Origin: Octopus bimaculoides
Taxonomy: Eukaryota
NCBI RefSeq assembly: GCF_001194135.2
Contig: NC_068992.1
Span: 48,180,976-48,238,980 of the forward strand
Direction: 5' to 3'
DNA: 58,005 nucleotides
The translations under genes were made by a program, and so were the position numbers. Under the pieces are notes generated by a model that saw only the letters and a program-made list of their open reading frames with translations, was not told the origin of the DNA and ran no database searches. This document shows positions 40,551 to 51,777 of the stretch, one piece after another (within the stretch, counting starts at the first letter, position 1; each line of letters begins with the position of its first letter).

Positions 40551-40945
40551 AAAGTATAAAAGAGAAAGAAAGAGAGAAAGGAAGAAAGGAAGAAAGAAAG
40601 AAAGAAGGAAAGAAAGGAAGAAAGGGGTAAAGAAAGTATGGAAGGACAGAAGAACAGGAGAGACCTAAAAGATCTGCAGATGCATAGAGAAAAAGAGGAA
40701 GCATTTGAAAAAAAATAAATGAAAGAATTGAGAAGAAAAACTTAAGGAAAATGTGAATAAATAAATAAATAAAGCGAAGGAGGAAAAATACTATAAAACA
40801 AAAAATAATGGTAAAATGTAAAAAAAACAGAAACAAGAAATTGGGAGATGGATTTGAACTCAGAAATATAAAATAGAAGTTTAGCTGTTCTAATGGTTCT
40901 TACATTGAGTGCAGAATTGTTTTTATTATTATTATCATTATTATT

Positions 40946-41217
40946 CATCCTCATCGTTTAACCTCCGCTTTCCATGCTAGCATGGGTTGGACGATTTGAC
41001 TGAGGACTGGTGAAATCAGATGGCTACACCAGGCTCCACTCTGATTTGGCAGAGTTTCTACAGCTGGATGCCCTTCCTAATGCCAACCACCCCGAGAGTG
41101 TAGTGGGTGCTTTTTACGTGCCACTGGGACAAAGGCCAGTCAGGCGGTACTGGCAATGGCCATGCTCAAAATGGCGTATTTTAGGTCCCACCTGCACAGG
41201 AGCCAGTCCAGCAGCAC
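40946..41217 (-). mobile_element. SINE tail B
   Basis: CATCGTTTAACCTCCGCTTTCCATGCTAGCATGGGTTGGACG...GCAGGAGCCAGT-like end; reverse complement of 19070-19330 and 46673-46927. Confidence 0.92.
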
Positions 41218-41483
41218 TCTCAATAAAAATTAGTTTTAAACATGACATCCTTGAACCAAAGATAGATTGGTATATAAACCACTCTCTACAGTTAAGGGCA
41301 ATGGAATTTTGAGGGGTATATCTGATTTCTATGGTAAAAGAGTTAAAAATTGTCAAGACTTGTAGCTTTAAAAGAAAGAAACAAACAAACAAAGAAACAA
41401 ACAAAGAAAGACAGAAGCTTAAGGTTAGGATGAGAATGTTGTAAGTTTGATGAACCAACTACCAGGCTACCAGCCAATATGTC

Positions 41484-41625
41484 AAGAATGTCTGTTTGGT
41501 AAGAAGTTTATATGGCTCTCAGTTCAGAGTCACTGTGTGGCACTTTGGGAAAGTGGCATTTACTATAACCCAGGCTGACTAAAATCTTGAGAGTGGATCT
41601 GGTAGACAGAAGCCAAAAGAAGCCC

Positions 41626-41695
<70 letters not shown>

Positions 41696-41798
41696 AATTT
41701 GTATATGTATGTATATATGTATGTATGAATTATATATATGTATGTATGAATATATATATATATGTATGTATGAATTTGTATATGTACATGCAGCGTAA

Positions 41799-41830
<32 letters not shown>

Positions 41831-42075
41831 TATATCTTTGTCTAGACATCATGTGATAGTCGTAAATGATTGTCACTGTCATATAAGCGGTGTCATTCAT
41901 TTCTGATATTCTGAGAGAACATGTCTGGCCAGAGTGTAAAATATTACCTTCCTCAGAAACAGGTGAGCATTAGTGGCAGGAAGAACACCTGGCTGTAGAA
42001 AAATCTACTTCAATAAAGTCAGTTTGACGCAAATATGTATAAGAAAGTGGACATTAAAATGATAGTGATGATGAT
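41484..42075 (+). mobile_element. Older SINE: head + microsatellite + tail C
   Basis: Degraded head (TGGCACTTTGGGAAAGTG...GTAGACAGAAGCCAAAAGAAGCCC), then (TG)n, then a tail alignable to 24180-24410 and 28025-28190. Confidence 0.65.
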
Positions 42076-42562
42076 GACAACGGTGATGACAATGACAATG
42101 ATGATGATGATGATGATGATGGTGGTGCCGTTGTTGGTGTTGTTGTTATTGGTGTTGTTGTTGTTGTTGCTGGTGGTGGTAGTGGTGGCAACACCCACAT
42201 ACACATCTCTAAGCTTTCTTTTATAATTTAGATTTAAATTACTTAATGAATTGCTAAAAAAAAAAAATGATGACAACGGTGGTATATTCGAAACGTTTGT
42301 TTGTGCAAAACAACATAAATGAGAATAATTTAAATTTTAAATAATTAAAGCTCGTTTCACAATTATTGGAATTGAAATAAAGTGGTTTAGGAGGAAGGGA
42401 AAAAAATGTGTTATATATTTTTTTACTCAAAAATCTCACAAATTGAAGTAGGCTTTCGTGATCATGGAAACTGGCAGTTTTCTGCATCACACACCATCAC
42501 TATAGCTACGTTATTCTATCTGTTTATCTATCTGTATAGACTGAACAGTATCTCTCTTGCTC

Positions 42563-42598
<36 letters not shown>

Positions 42599-42632
42599 GT
42601 ATGTATATATATATGTATGCATGTATGTATGA

Positions 42633-42672
<40 letters not shown>

Positions 42673-42954
42673 NNNNNNNNNNNNNNNNNNNNNNNNNNNN
42701 NNNNNNNNNNNNNNNNNNNNNNNNNNNNNNNNNNNNNNNNNNNNNNNNNNNNNNNNNNNNNNNNNNNNNNNNNNNNNNNNNNNNNNNNNNNNNNNNNNNN
42801 NNNNNNNNNNNNNNNNNNNNNNNNNNNNNNNNNNNNNNNNNNNNNNNNNNNNNNNNNNNNNNNNNNNNNNNNNNNNNNNNNNNNNNNNNNNNNNNNNNNN
42901 NNNNNNNNNNNNNNNNNNNNNNNNNNNNNNNNNNNNNNNNNNNNNNNNNNNNNN

Positions 42955-43007
<53 letters not shown>

Positions 43008-44254
43008 ATATGTATGCATGTATTTATGAATATATATATATATAAATGTATGTATCTCTATATACATGTGTGTATATATGTATGCATATATATATATATC
43101 CATTTAGCTATATCTATCTATCTATCTATCTTTCTATCTACCTGTTGGTCTTTTTATCTAGCTATCTCTCTACCTGTCTGTCTGTGTGTCTAGCACTTAA
43201 ATTTAACAGCTAGAAACGATAATTATATCTTCATTAACCTCAATTACCACACCTCTTCTCTCCTCTCTCACCACTCCACACCTCTCTCTCACACCCCTTT
43301 CAATTCTCCCTCACCCCTCTCACTTCTCTCTCTCCCCTCCTCTCACTCTCCCGCCCCTCCCCTTCTCTCTCTTTCTATCTCCCCCCCCTTTCCCCTCCCT
43401 CCTCTCAGTATTATTGTTTCAAGACCAAACAGTTATCGTTTGAAAATGTCTTTTTAATTATATTGTGTTCGTCACACACAGGCAAAAAAAAAAAAAAAAA
43501 ATTCTCTCTATTGAAGATTACTTTAAATATTTTTTCTTCTAGTTTCTGTTGTTGTTGTTGTATGGGTGTGGGGGTGGCTGTAATTGTTGTTGTGGCAGTT
43601 TTATTGTTATTATTTGCTCTTTTTTTTTCTTAACGTTTACGCATTACTTCAACCTCACAATCTTAATGCCACCTTCACAGCCAGTTTACTACCACCACAA
43701 CCACAACCACTACAACACACCTCACTACCGTAAACAGCAATATCACCACCACAAGTACAACCACCTCTACAGTACATCTCTACTACCATAGCTACCATCC
43801 CAGCAGCAATATACCTCCACTACCATAAACAACAACACTACCACCACAACTACCACTACTACGACTATTCCCAGCATTATCACTACTACTACTAGCAGTG
43901 TACATGTTATCACTGATACTACCATCACCACCACTACCGTTTCCATCGTTGCTACCACCACTACCAACTATATTGCATGCTAAGTATTCTGACAATGAAG
44001 AATTGACCCAATGCTGTATCATGAACCAGTCTGTATACGCTACAGACTCTCTGCTCTGTGTGTGTGTCTGTTCTAGTGCTGGTCACAGCAGAGGTGGGCA
44101 AAGGTGGGCTCTTTTAGATCACATGTCACCCTTCTTCTGCACTTAACTTCAATGATGTGCAGCACTGCACAGATTTGCAGCTTATGATGCTTATTGATGT
44201 TGCTGCATCTGTTGTTTTGTGTGATCAGAGTGAGGGCAAGAGAGAGTGTTCTTA

Positions 44255-44555
44255 TTTTCTTTTGTGATTGTATTGTAGAGGTGCTTAAATGTTGTAGCAG
44301 AGACTGCTTCAGTTGTAGCTTTGCCATAGAAGCAGAAATGGACCTGCACCACTGTATGGTCCTGTTTGTTTGTTTTTTTGTGACAATGTAGAGGTATTAG
44401 TGGTGTAGCAACAGAGATTGCTTGCCTTGTAGTAGCTTTGCTCAGGCAAAAGATGCAGTCCTGTGCCATCACATGTTTCTGTTCTTTTTTTTCTTGATGG
44501 TGTTGTAAAGGTATTTGTGTGGTGTAGCAGTGACTGTTTAGTTGTGGGAAGCTTA
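44255..44555. repeat. Three degenerate tandem units of about 115 bp
   Basis: Each unit runs T-rich, then TGTAGAGGT/TGTAAAGGT...TGTAGCA...GA(C/T)TG(C/T)TT...GTAGCTTTGC. Confidence 0.6.
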
Positions 44556-44607
44556 CGATAGTATGGCTGTATGCTGAACTGTATTCTTTGTTGGATTTTT
44601 GTTCATG

Positions 44608-44940
44608 GAAATATTAGGATCCCAAGCAGGCAAGACTAGAATATTAGGGTCTCTGTAGGACTAGAATATTGGAGTTTTAGGAAGGACTGAAATATTAGGG
44701 TTCCAAGTTAGACTGGAATATTAGGTTCCAGGTATGAATGAATTATTGAGGTCCCAGGTAGGACTGAAATCAGGATTCCAAGCAGGACTGAAATATTGGG
44801 GTTCCATGTAGGACCAAAATATTAAGAACCCAAGCAGAACAGAATTATTATGGACCCAGAGAATACGGTAACATTGGGGCCTCAAGACTAGGACTGAATT
44901 ATAGGAGTCACAGGCAGGCTTGAAATTTTGGTATTTTGAG
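44608..44940. repeat. Old minisatellite, about 12-13 units of 24-30 bp, consensus near GAAATATTAGGGTTCCAAGTAGGACT
   Basis: Units were delimited manually; adjacent, with no unique spacers. Confidence 0.85.
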
Positions 44941-45274
44941 AAGTCACAATAGTACTGGCGATTATGCTTCTGCACACGTACATTATATACATATGTTATG
45001 TAGATACCTACACTACAACTAGTACACACCTGTACTACTGGATATTCACATTACTGTTTTTGACTAACAATAAAATTATCAGTTAAATATTGTAACCAAT
45101 CTTTCTCTAATGATAACCTGCAGTCTTGGGAAAAGATATGACATTATGGATAAAGTAGTTCTATAATACGGCTGAAAAGACAGTGAAGTCATGGTTGGAG
45201 TGTCTTTAGTCATATTTCTGCTGAATCAGGTCTTACCTGAGGCTAAAGAGCAATAAAACAAGCCAATGTTGAAA

Positions 45275-45560
45275 CAATCACATCACACTTCACAACACCA
45301 CACACCACCTCACAACACCATACAGCACCTCACAACACAACATAATACCACACAACACCACACAACACCACACGACACCACAGTGTATCATACTACATAG
45401 GGAACACATTACAACACACACACACATCACAATACACAACACAACACAACACTGCAATATTACACAACACCACACATTGCACTACATCACGTTTCCCCAC
45501 ACAATACAATATACCACTCCACACCACGCTCCATACTACATTACATTACAAGACACTGCT
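45275..45560. repeat. Degenerate pentanucleotide repeat (CACAA/CACCA)n
   Basis: A 5-bp periodicity is visible directly. Confidence 0.85.
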
Positions 45561-45664
45561 CTTCTCCGCACCACAGTTACATTAGAACCAATTATGTCCC
45601 CCACCACCTTCCATACCAATTAACTATTCTGCACTAATGAGAGAAATGGTTGTTACAAAAGAAA

Positions 45665-45860
45665 AGAGTGCTGAGTGGCATGCCGGCCTAATTGCCTGGT
45701 GGTATTTAGTAACATCCGTTTGCATTATGAGTTCAAACCCTGCTAGGATCGTATTTGTCTTCCGTATATCAGCGGTCGATAAACGTAGTTACAAGCATGT
45801 TATTAGAATTGATTTCTTCAACTTTATGGCTTCGTTACATGGTTCTAGTCTTCAGGCGAT
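45665..45860 (+). mobile_element. Degraded copy of the second SINE family
   Basis: GGCATGCCGGCCTAATTGCCTGGTGGTATTT...TGAGTTCAAACCCTGC...GTCGATAAA is similar to 57871-58005. Confidence 0.5.
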
Positions 45861-45960
45861 AGAAGAAATCAATATGCATACACATATACATACATACATA
45901 CACAGACAGACAGATAGATAGATGCATAGATAGATAAATGGAGGAGTGTATGTATATGGG

Positions 45961-46004
<44 letters not shown>

Positions 46005-46672
46005 NNNNNNNNNNNNNNNNNNNNNNNNNNNNNNNNNNNNNNNNNNNNNNNNNNNNNNNNNNNNNNNNNNNNNNNNNNNNNNNNNNNNNNNNNNNNNNNN
46101 NNNNNNNNNNNNNNNNNNNNNNNNNNNNNNNNNNNNNNNNNNNNNNNNNNNNNNNNNNNNNNNNNNNNNNNNNNNNNNNNNNNNNNNNNNNNNNNNNNNN
46201 NNNNNNNNNNNNNNNNNNNNNNNNNNNNNNNNNNNNNNNNNNNNNNNNNNNNNNNNNNNNNNNNNNNNNNNNNNNNNNNNNNNNNNNNNNNNNNNNNNNN
46301 NNNNNNNNNNNNNNNNNNNNNNNNNNNNNNNNNNNNNNNNNNNNNNNNNNNNNNNNNNNNNNNNNNNNNNNNNNNNNNNNNNNNNNNNNNNNNNNNNNNN
46401 NNNNNNNNNNNNNNNNNNNNNNNNNNNNNNNNNNNNNNNNNNNNNNNNNNNNNNNNNNNNNNNNNNNNNNNNNNNNNNNNNNNNNNNNNNNNNNNNNNNN
46501 NNNNNNNNNNNNNNNNNNNNNNNNNNNNNNNNNNNNNNNNNNNNNNNNNNNNNNNNNNNNNNNNNNNNNNNNNNNNNNNNNNNNNNNNNNNNNNNNNNNN
46601 NNNNNNNNNNNNNNNNNNNNNNNNNNNNNNNNNNNNNNNNNNNNNNNNNNNNNNNNNNNNNNNNNNNNNNNN

Positions 46673-46927
46673 GCAGGTGGCACGTAAAATACACCATTTT
46701 GAGCGTGGCCGTTGCCAGTACCGCCTGACTGGCCTTCGTGCCGGTGGCACGTAAAAGCACCCACTACACTCTCGGAGTGGTTGGCGTTAGGAAAGGCATC
46801 CAGCCGTAGAAACTCTACCAAATCAGATTGGAGCCTGGTGTAGCCATCTGGTTCGCCAGTCCTCAGTCAAATCGTCCAACCCATGCTAGCATGGAAAGCG
46901 GACGTTAAACGATGATGATGATGATGA
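46673..46927 (+). mobile_element. SINE tail B, young copy (5' part lost in a gap)
   Basis: Near-identical to 19087-19358; ends in (GAT)n. Confidence 0.95.
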
Positions 46928-47404
46928 TATATATATATATATATATATCCCATATATATATATATCCCATATATATATATATCCCATTGTGGGATCCTAG
47001 GATGTCAAAGAGCCATGGAGTCGTTAAGTAAGTCAAGGGTCGACAAAGTGGTCAATACTGAACCCTGGGATGTTTGTGTGGTTAATCAAGGGATACAATT
47101 TTGAGCATCATAGATGCTGAATTATTAGCGAACGCTTTTTGTTTCCTTTCCAACAAGGATAATATTCGATTTTTAAAAATCTATCTGAAAAACAATAAGA
47201 AAATTCAAAATGCCTTAACAGATGCCAGGTCATTGACATACACCTAGGAGACATGAAGTGCCAATTGATGCACACCTTTCGTGAAGATCTCGTGACAGAG
47301 ACACTCGAAATTTGAATGTATTTATTGCCTTTTCACAACAGAGTGGTTTCAATGGTTTGACCATTTTGAATTTATTCATTTTCGTTTCTTACTTAGCACT
47401 CATA

Positions 47405-47636
47405 ATGGCAACCCTTGATAATGAGAACAAAGACAGGTGGTATTCGTGTGGGTATTTAAAATTTGAATTTATACCATTATTTACCAAAAGAGCAACGCCT
47501 ACGTGTCTCTTATATGAAAAACTTTCAGTTATAATGTCTTGAAGCCTACAAAGATGAGAGACCATGTCGAAAAGGTTCGCTTTGATAATATAAAATAAAA
47601 ATCGTATTGTTTTAGGGCGATGGAAGAAAAAATATG
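47405..47636 (+). mobile_element. N-terminal remnant of a Charlie/Buster-type hAT transposase (ZBED5/SCAND3-like start)
   Basis: RWYSCGYLKFEFIP...PTCLLYEKLS, then after a frameshift LKPTKMRDHVEKV...SYCFRAMEEK. This matches the family's N-terminus RxYxxxYLKxGFI...PxCLICxxxLSNxxMKPSKLxxHLxxxH. Zinc-ligand residues are partly lost. Confidence 0.75.
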
Positions 47637-47721
47637 ATCTAACAATTATTTTTAAAATTAAAAGCTTATATGATGAGGGCTCATAGGTTATTAACAATTC
47701 CCCAAAGGGATCAATGACATA

Positions 47722-48392
47722 TACAGTATATTCCGGGACGCCACAGGTTTCTTCCCCAGCTCAAACCAGCGAGGCTAGAGCCGGTGGACGATAAAAGGCC
47801 TGATGGTGTGACAAATTTTTTCCGTTTCGTGGAGGTGGGCTCCTCATCTGGGATGCCACATGCTGTGATACGTCCAATGGCAACTTGATGTGATCAGCTA
47901 CCAGTCCAGGCTCCGTTGCTTGCCAGGCTGGGAAAAGCAAACTATCAAGGTATCAGTTACTATCCAATAGGTTTATGGTCGAGCCGGAGGCCCCCGGACC
48001 ATATCCCTGCTCACCATCATCGGGGCGGAGATGGCTGTCCGCAAGTGCCAGCCCCGTGAATCACAGTGGATGTTCCAGCGCATCTCCTTCGCCATTCTCC
48101 GGGAAAACGCTTTTTCCATTTTGTTTGCTGGGGCCATGAGAAATGTTTCTTAATAAAGGACCCCTGATGGAGACGTTGAACAGAGCTGACAGCTAACAGA
48201 GACCCATAAATAACCTGTTGGAAGCCCATGGGGATTTAGCAAAGTAGAAGACCCACCATCACGACAGCAATAACATCAACAATAATCTTCACATTCACAG
48301 AATCTCTCTCCACCCTAGTTTATTAGTCAACGCAGTATTTAATGTAAACTGTAAATTTTGAAAAATCCGACTTGTATACCGGAAAATACGGT
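47722..48392. mobile_element. Pair of pogo/Tc2-like terminal inverted repeats with TA at the outer ends
   Basis: Left TACAGTATATTCCGG (47722-47736) versus the reverse complement of right CCGGAAAATACGGTA (48378-48392): 13 of 15 identical. The right end extends to CGACTTGTATACCGGAAAATACGGTA, typical of TACCGTATTTTCCGG-type TcMar ends. Confidence 0.5.
47737..48153 (+). mobile_element. 5'-truncated CRE-clade non-LTR retrotransposon, RLE domain to stop codon
   Basis: With frameshifts the translation is KPARLEPVDDKRPDGVT / FPFRGGGLLIWDATCCDT...SATSPGSVACQAGKSKLSRYQ / ...RESQWMFQRISFAILRENAFSILFAG...*. This is the KRPDG..WDxTCxDT..K..KY..QRISxAxQRGNA signature. The segment is locally GC-rich. Confidence 0.85.
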
Positions 48393-49890
48393 AAGAAGTT
48401 TGACAACCCTCGAAGTGGGTGGTACGGAGAAGTGTAAAAAACATGTGTCGTTGTTAGCAACGACGGTAAGGAACAGACGAAGTATGCTTTGGATTACAAT
48501 GCATTTCTCAATTTTACCAGGGTATAAAATAATATTCTCTGTAGGCAAGTATCCTGTCCAATGTAGGAAGAACATTTCTTGCTTATCCGATTAATGCTAT
48601 TGAAATTTGAGATAAGCAACAAAAGATCTTATTGGAATTCTTGTGATTTCAACGAAAGGATTAGCTTAGCTTTTTATCCCAGTTCGAAATCTTGCAAGGA
48701 AAATGTTTTGTGGTGTTGATCTTGGAAGTTTGGCAAACTGCAGCAAATTATCTTGTGCTCCAAACACAATAAAACTTATCGATTTTCGATCTAAATTTGA
48801 TAAAAGCTTAAACAAAAAAAAAAGTTAAACAAAAAATAACGTAACAAAAATTAGACAAAATAAAAACAAATGAAGAGAATCTTCCCAGTTGAATGCCAAT
48901 ACGGTTTCTTCAATTTATGGAGTTTTTATCTCAAGATGCTTCTCTCTCTCTTTTTCTTTCTCTCTCTCGCTCTCTCGCTGCGCGTGCGTACACACACACA
49001 CATACACCACATACGATCTACATGAGAACAAGCAAGTTGAAGAAACACTCGACGAAAATTCAGAGGGAGAAGGATATGGAGAGAGAGAGAGAGAGAAAGA
49101 GAGAGAGTCAGTCAGAGAAATATAATAAAATAAATTTTAAGATAAAAAACAAATTACAAAAAAATTGTAAATAAAAAAAAAATAGGAAAAAAAATCAGTG
49201 AACAAAAAATTGCTAAAAAAAAAAAAGTGACGTTTTTTCATTTTTTCCCCCTTTTTGCTGTGATTGATTATGTTAGACTCTCAATCACAGACGAGTTTTA
49301 AATGATTTTCCAAACTTTTATCATTTGATGCCGAAACTCGAATTTTTCCAACCATCCCTCTAATGTATCTGAAATAAGAAATTGGTGAATGCTTCTTGAA
49401 GTAAATTCTTCTACAATAACGTCACGAAACATTTCGCATTGGAAAGCTAGATTTAATTTAGTACTTTCCCCAACAAGAACATTCACCTTCGTAAAATAGC
49501 TGCAGGCCTTATTATTATTATTATTATCATCATCATCATTACCTATTACTATTATTAGGAGCAGTACCAACACCAGCTGAATGGAATTGGTGTAGTGGAG
49601 AGATGGGGAAGAACAGAAACCAAAATAAGGTGTGTTGGGATACACACGCACGCACACACACGCACACGCATATATGTTTGTGTGCATATATATATCTGCA
49701 TGTATACAAAAGGAGACAGATGGTGATACTGATGATGATGGTGATGATGATGATGATGATGGTGGTGATGATGATGTGTGGAGAGATAGCTTAAGCTAGC
49801 TAGCCAGATAGACAGAAAGAAAGATATAATTAAGGGATAGTCCGTGTGCCTATGCAAGTGCGCGCGTGTGTAAGGGAAGTTAGATTAGAT

Positions 49891-49946
<56 letters not shown>

Positions 49947-50381
49947 CACTTTGAGATGCTGTGTAGGTTTATAAACAAGATTAAAGTGATAAACAGATTT
50001 ATACCAATTTCGAGTCGGGTCTTTTATCAAATAAAGCATTTGCAACATGCAAAATGAATTTAAAACGATTTCTATCTAAAATGATAGAGCTTGAAGAATA
50101 CAGCTACTTTCACACGATTGTTATCATGTGTTTGGAGGTTTTACCAACACTTTGGCGTGTTGGATTGAACATCCTGTATAAATAGGTGGAGAGAGGGAGA
50201 GAGAGAGAGAGAGAGAGGTGAAGTTGGGAAGAAAGGAGGAAAATGAAAGAAATAGTGAGTAATTTGACGCGTGTTTGTATTTTTGTGTAGGTATGTCAAC
50301 AGCTGTATGTGTGTATGTACATACATATGTATGTGTGTAAGTATATATAAATATATATATACACACACATACTCACACACA

Positions 50382-50441
<60 letters not shown>

Positions 50442-50525
50442 AACGAACTTATATATATATTAGTGTGGGTCACACCCACTCACACCTACGTACATACATA
50501 CATACATACATACATACACAGATAG

Positions 50526-50670
50526 GGTTTTGTTAGTAAATGCTTAAAGGAGAATCGGGATAAACTGGGATTTTCAGAAATGGAAATTGACCGGCTGATT
50601 CGTACATTACAAGTCCAATCTGTGAGTGGAACAGTAAAAATGTGCAAGACATATGAAGTTCCAAATGTGA
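50526..50670 (+). mobile_element. Extreme 3' end of an R4/NeSL-type RLE retrotransposon
   Basis: GFVSKCLKENRDKLGFSEMEIDRLIRTLQVQSVSGTVKMCKT, then MKFQM* after a frameshift. It aligns with the 26877-27130 fragment (G..L..LI..LQ..K.CKT). Confidence 0.7.
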
Positions 50671-50694
50671 ATTTGTCTGTGTTAACTACATCCC

Positions 50695-50900
50695 AAAGAT
50701 GGAGCCTTGTATCTTTGTTGGAAACCGGCTGCTTCCTCAGTGGAAGATTTATAAGAATTAAAAAATAGAAGAGACAGGTGATGACGAATCAAGGAAGAAC
50801 GCTGCCACCAATGTCCCATTCAGTGACCGTGTTATGCCGTCCATGTACTACAACGTGCGGGAAGTTATGTAAGACCAAATAGACTTATCTCGTTCTGTAT
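50695..50900 (+). mobile_element. Possible 3' end of an RTE-type LINE with a decayed C2H2-like motif
   Basis: RWSLV...KRQ / RKNAATNVPF / CTTTCGKLCKTK resembles RTE C-termini (WRxLV...KRxxRK...CxxCGRxCxS), but is very degraded. Confidence 0.3.
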
Positions 50901-51730
50901 TGAAAACATATACATTTTTATATAGCCTCTTCCTCTCAATAGGGCAGATGTTATGCAATACATCGTCTAAATATTCCTTCAGCTGTTCCTTCGATGGTAT
51001 GTGAAATTACCTTGTAGCCCTGGAAGTGGAAATATGTCATCTTCTATGCTCGCTCTTCGATAAATGTGTCAGGCAAGGAGGTACACACATTTGCAACGTA
51101 ACACCTCCGCGCCTCTTTGATTGAAACCTCCATCACTAAAATCTTCGCTTGTTTGTGATACTAGCAAACGAACTATTGTATATACAATTGTTAATATCGT
51201 ACATGTGTCAGTTTGGTTTGATGCCAGTACCCTTGTTTATGTCGTGCAAATTTGAGTTTTTTGGTGCCAAATATTTACGATTAGTGCCTATGAGTGGATC
51301 TAATTAGTTCATTGTCATTCTTTTCTGTTTATCGTTTATCTTTTTTTTTTTTCAACTCTGTTAATTTTATTTTACGCTTTATTTTTCGTTCATTTCATTA
51401 TATTGTTCTCAGTGTGAGTATCTAACATTACTTCCTTTCTTGTTAGCACTTACTGAATATAATGGAAGAAACCATATCATGTAAATTCTAGATACACAAA
51501 ATAGTATACCGGAAAAAAATTACAATATGTCTGAAAGACAGACCTTTTGTCCACCCCAGCCATAGGGACAGATGTCAAAAACTTTTCGAAGTCCCTTGTT
51601 TACAAAATAATCCACAAAGAAAACTTTCCCGCCAGTAAAACTTGGTAATAATCCAATTACACCGGAGACGTCCCGAGAGACGTCCGTTCACGCCAAAATA
51701 CAAATAATAATAATAATAATAATAATAATG

Positions 51731-51777
<47 letters not shown>

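Noticed and set aside
44608-44940. CRISPR-like appearance of the 26-bp repeats
   Set aside because: The context is eukaryotic, the units are adjacent without unique spacers, and there are no cas genes.
48447-48464. GTCGTTG-TTAG-CAACGAC hairpin as a Helitron 3' end
   Set aside because: No CTRR terminus follows at the expected distance.
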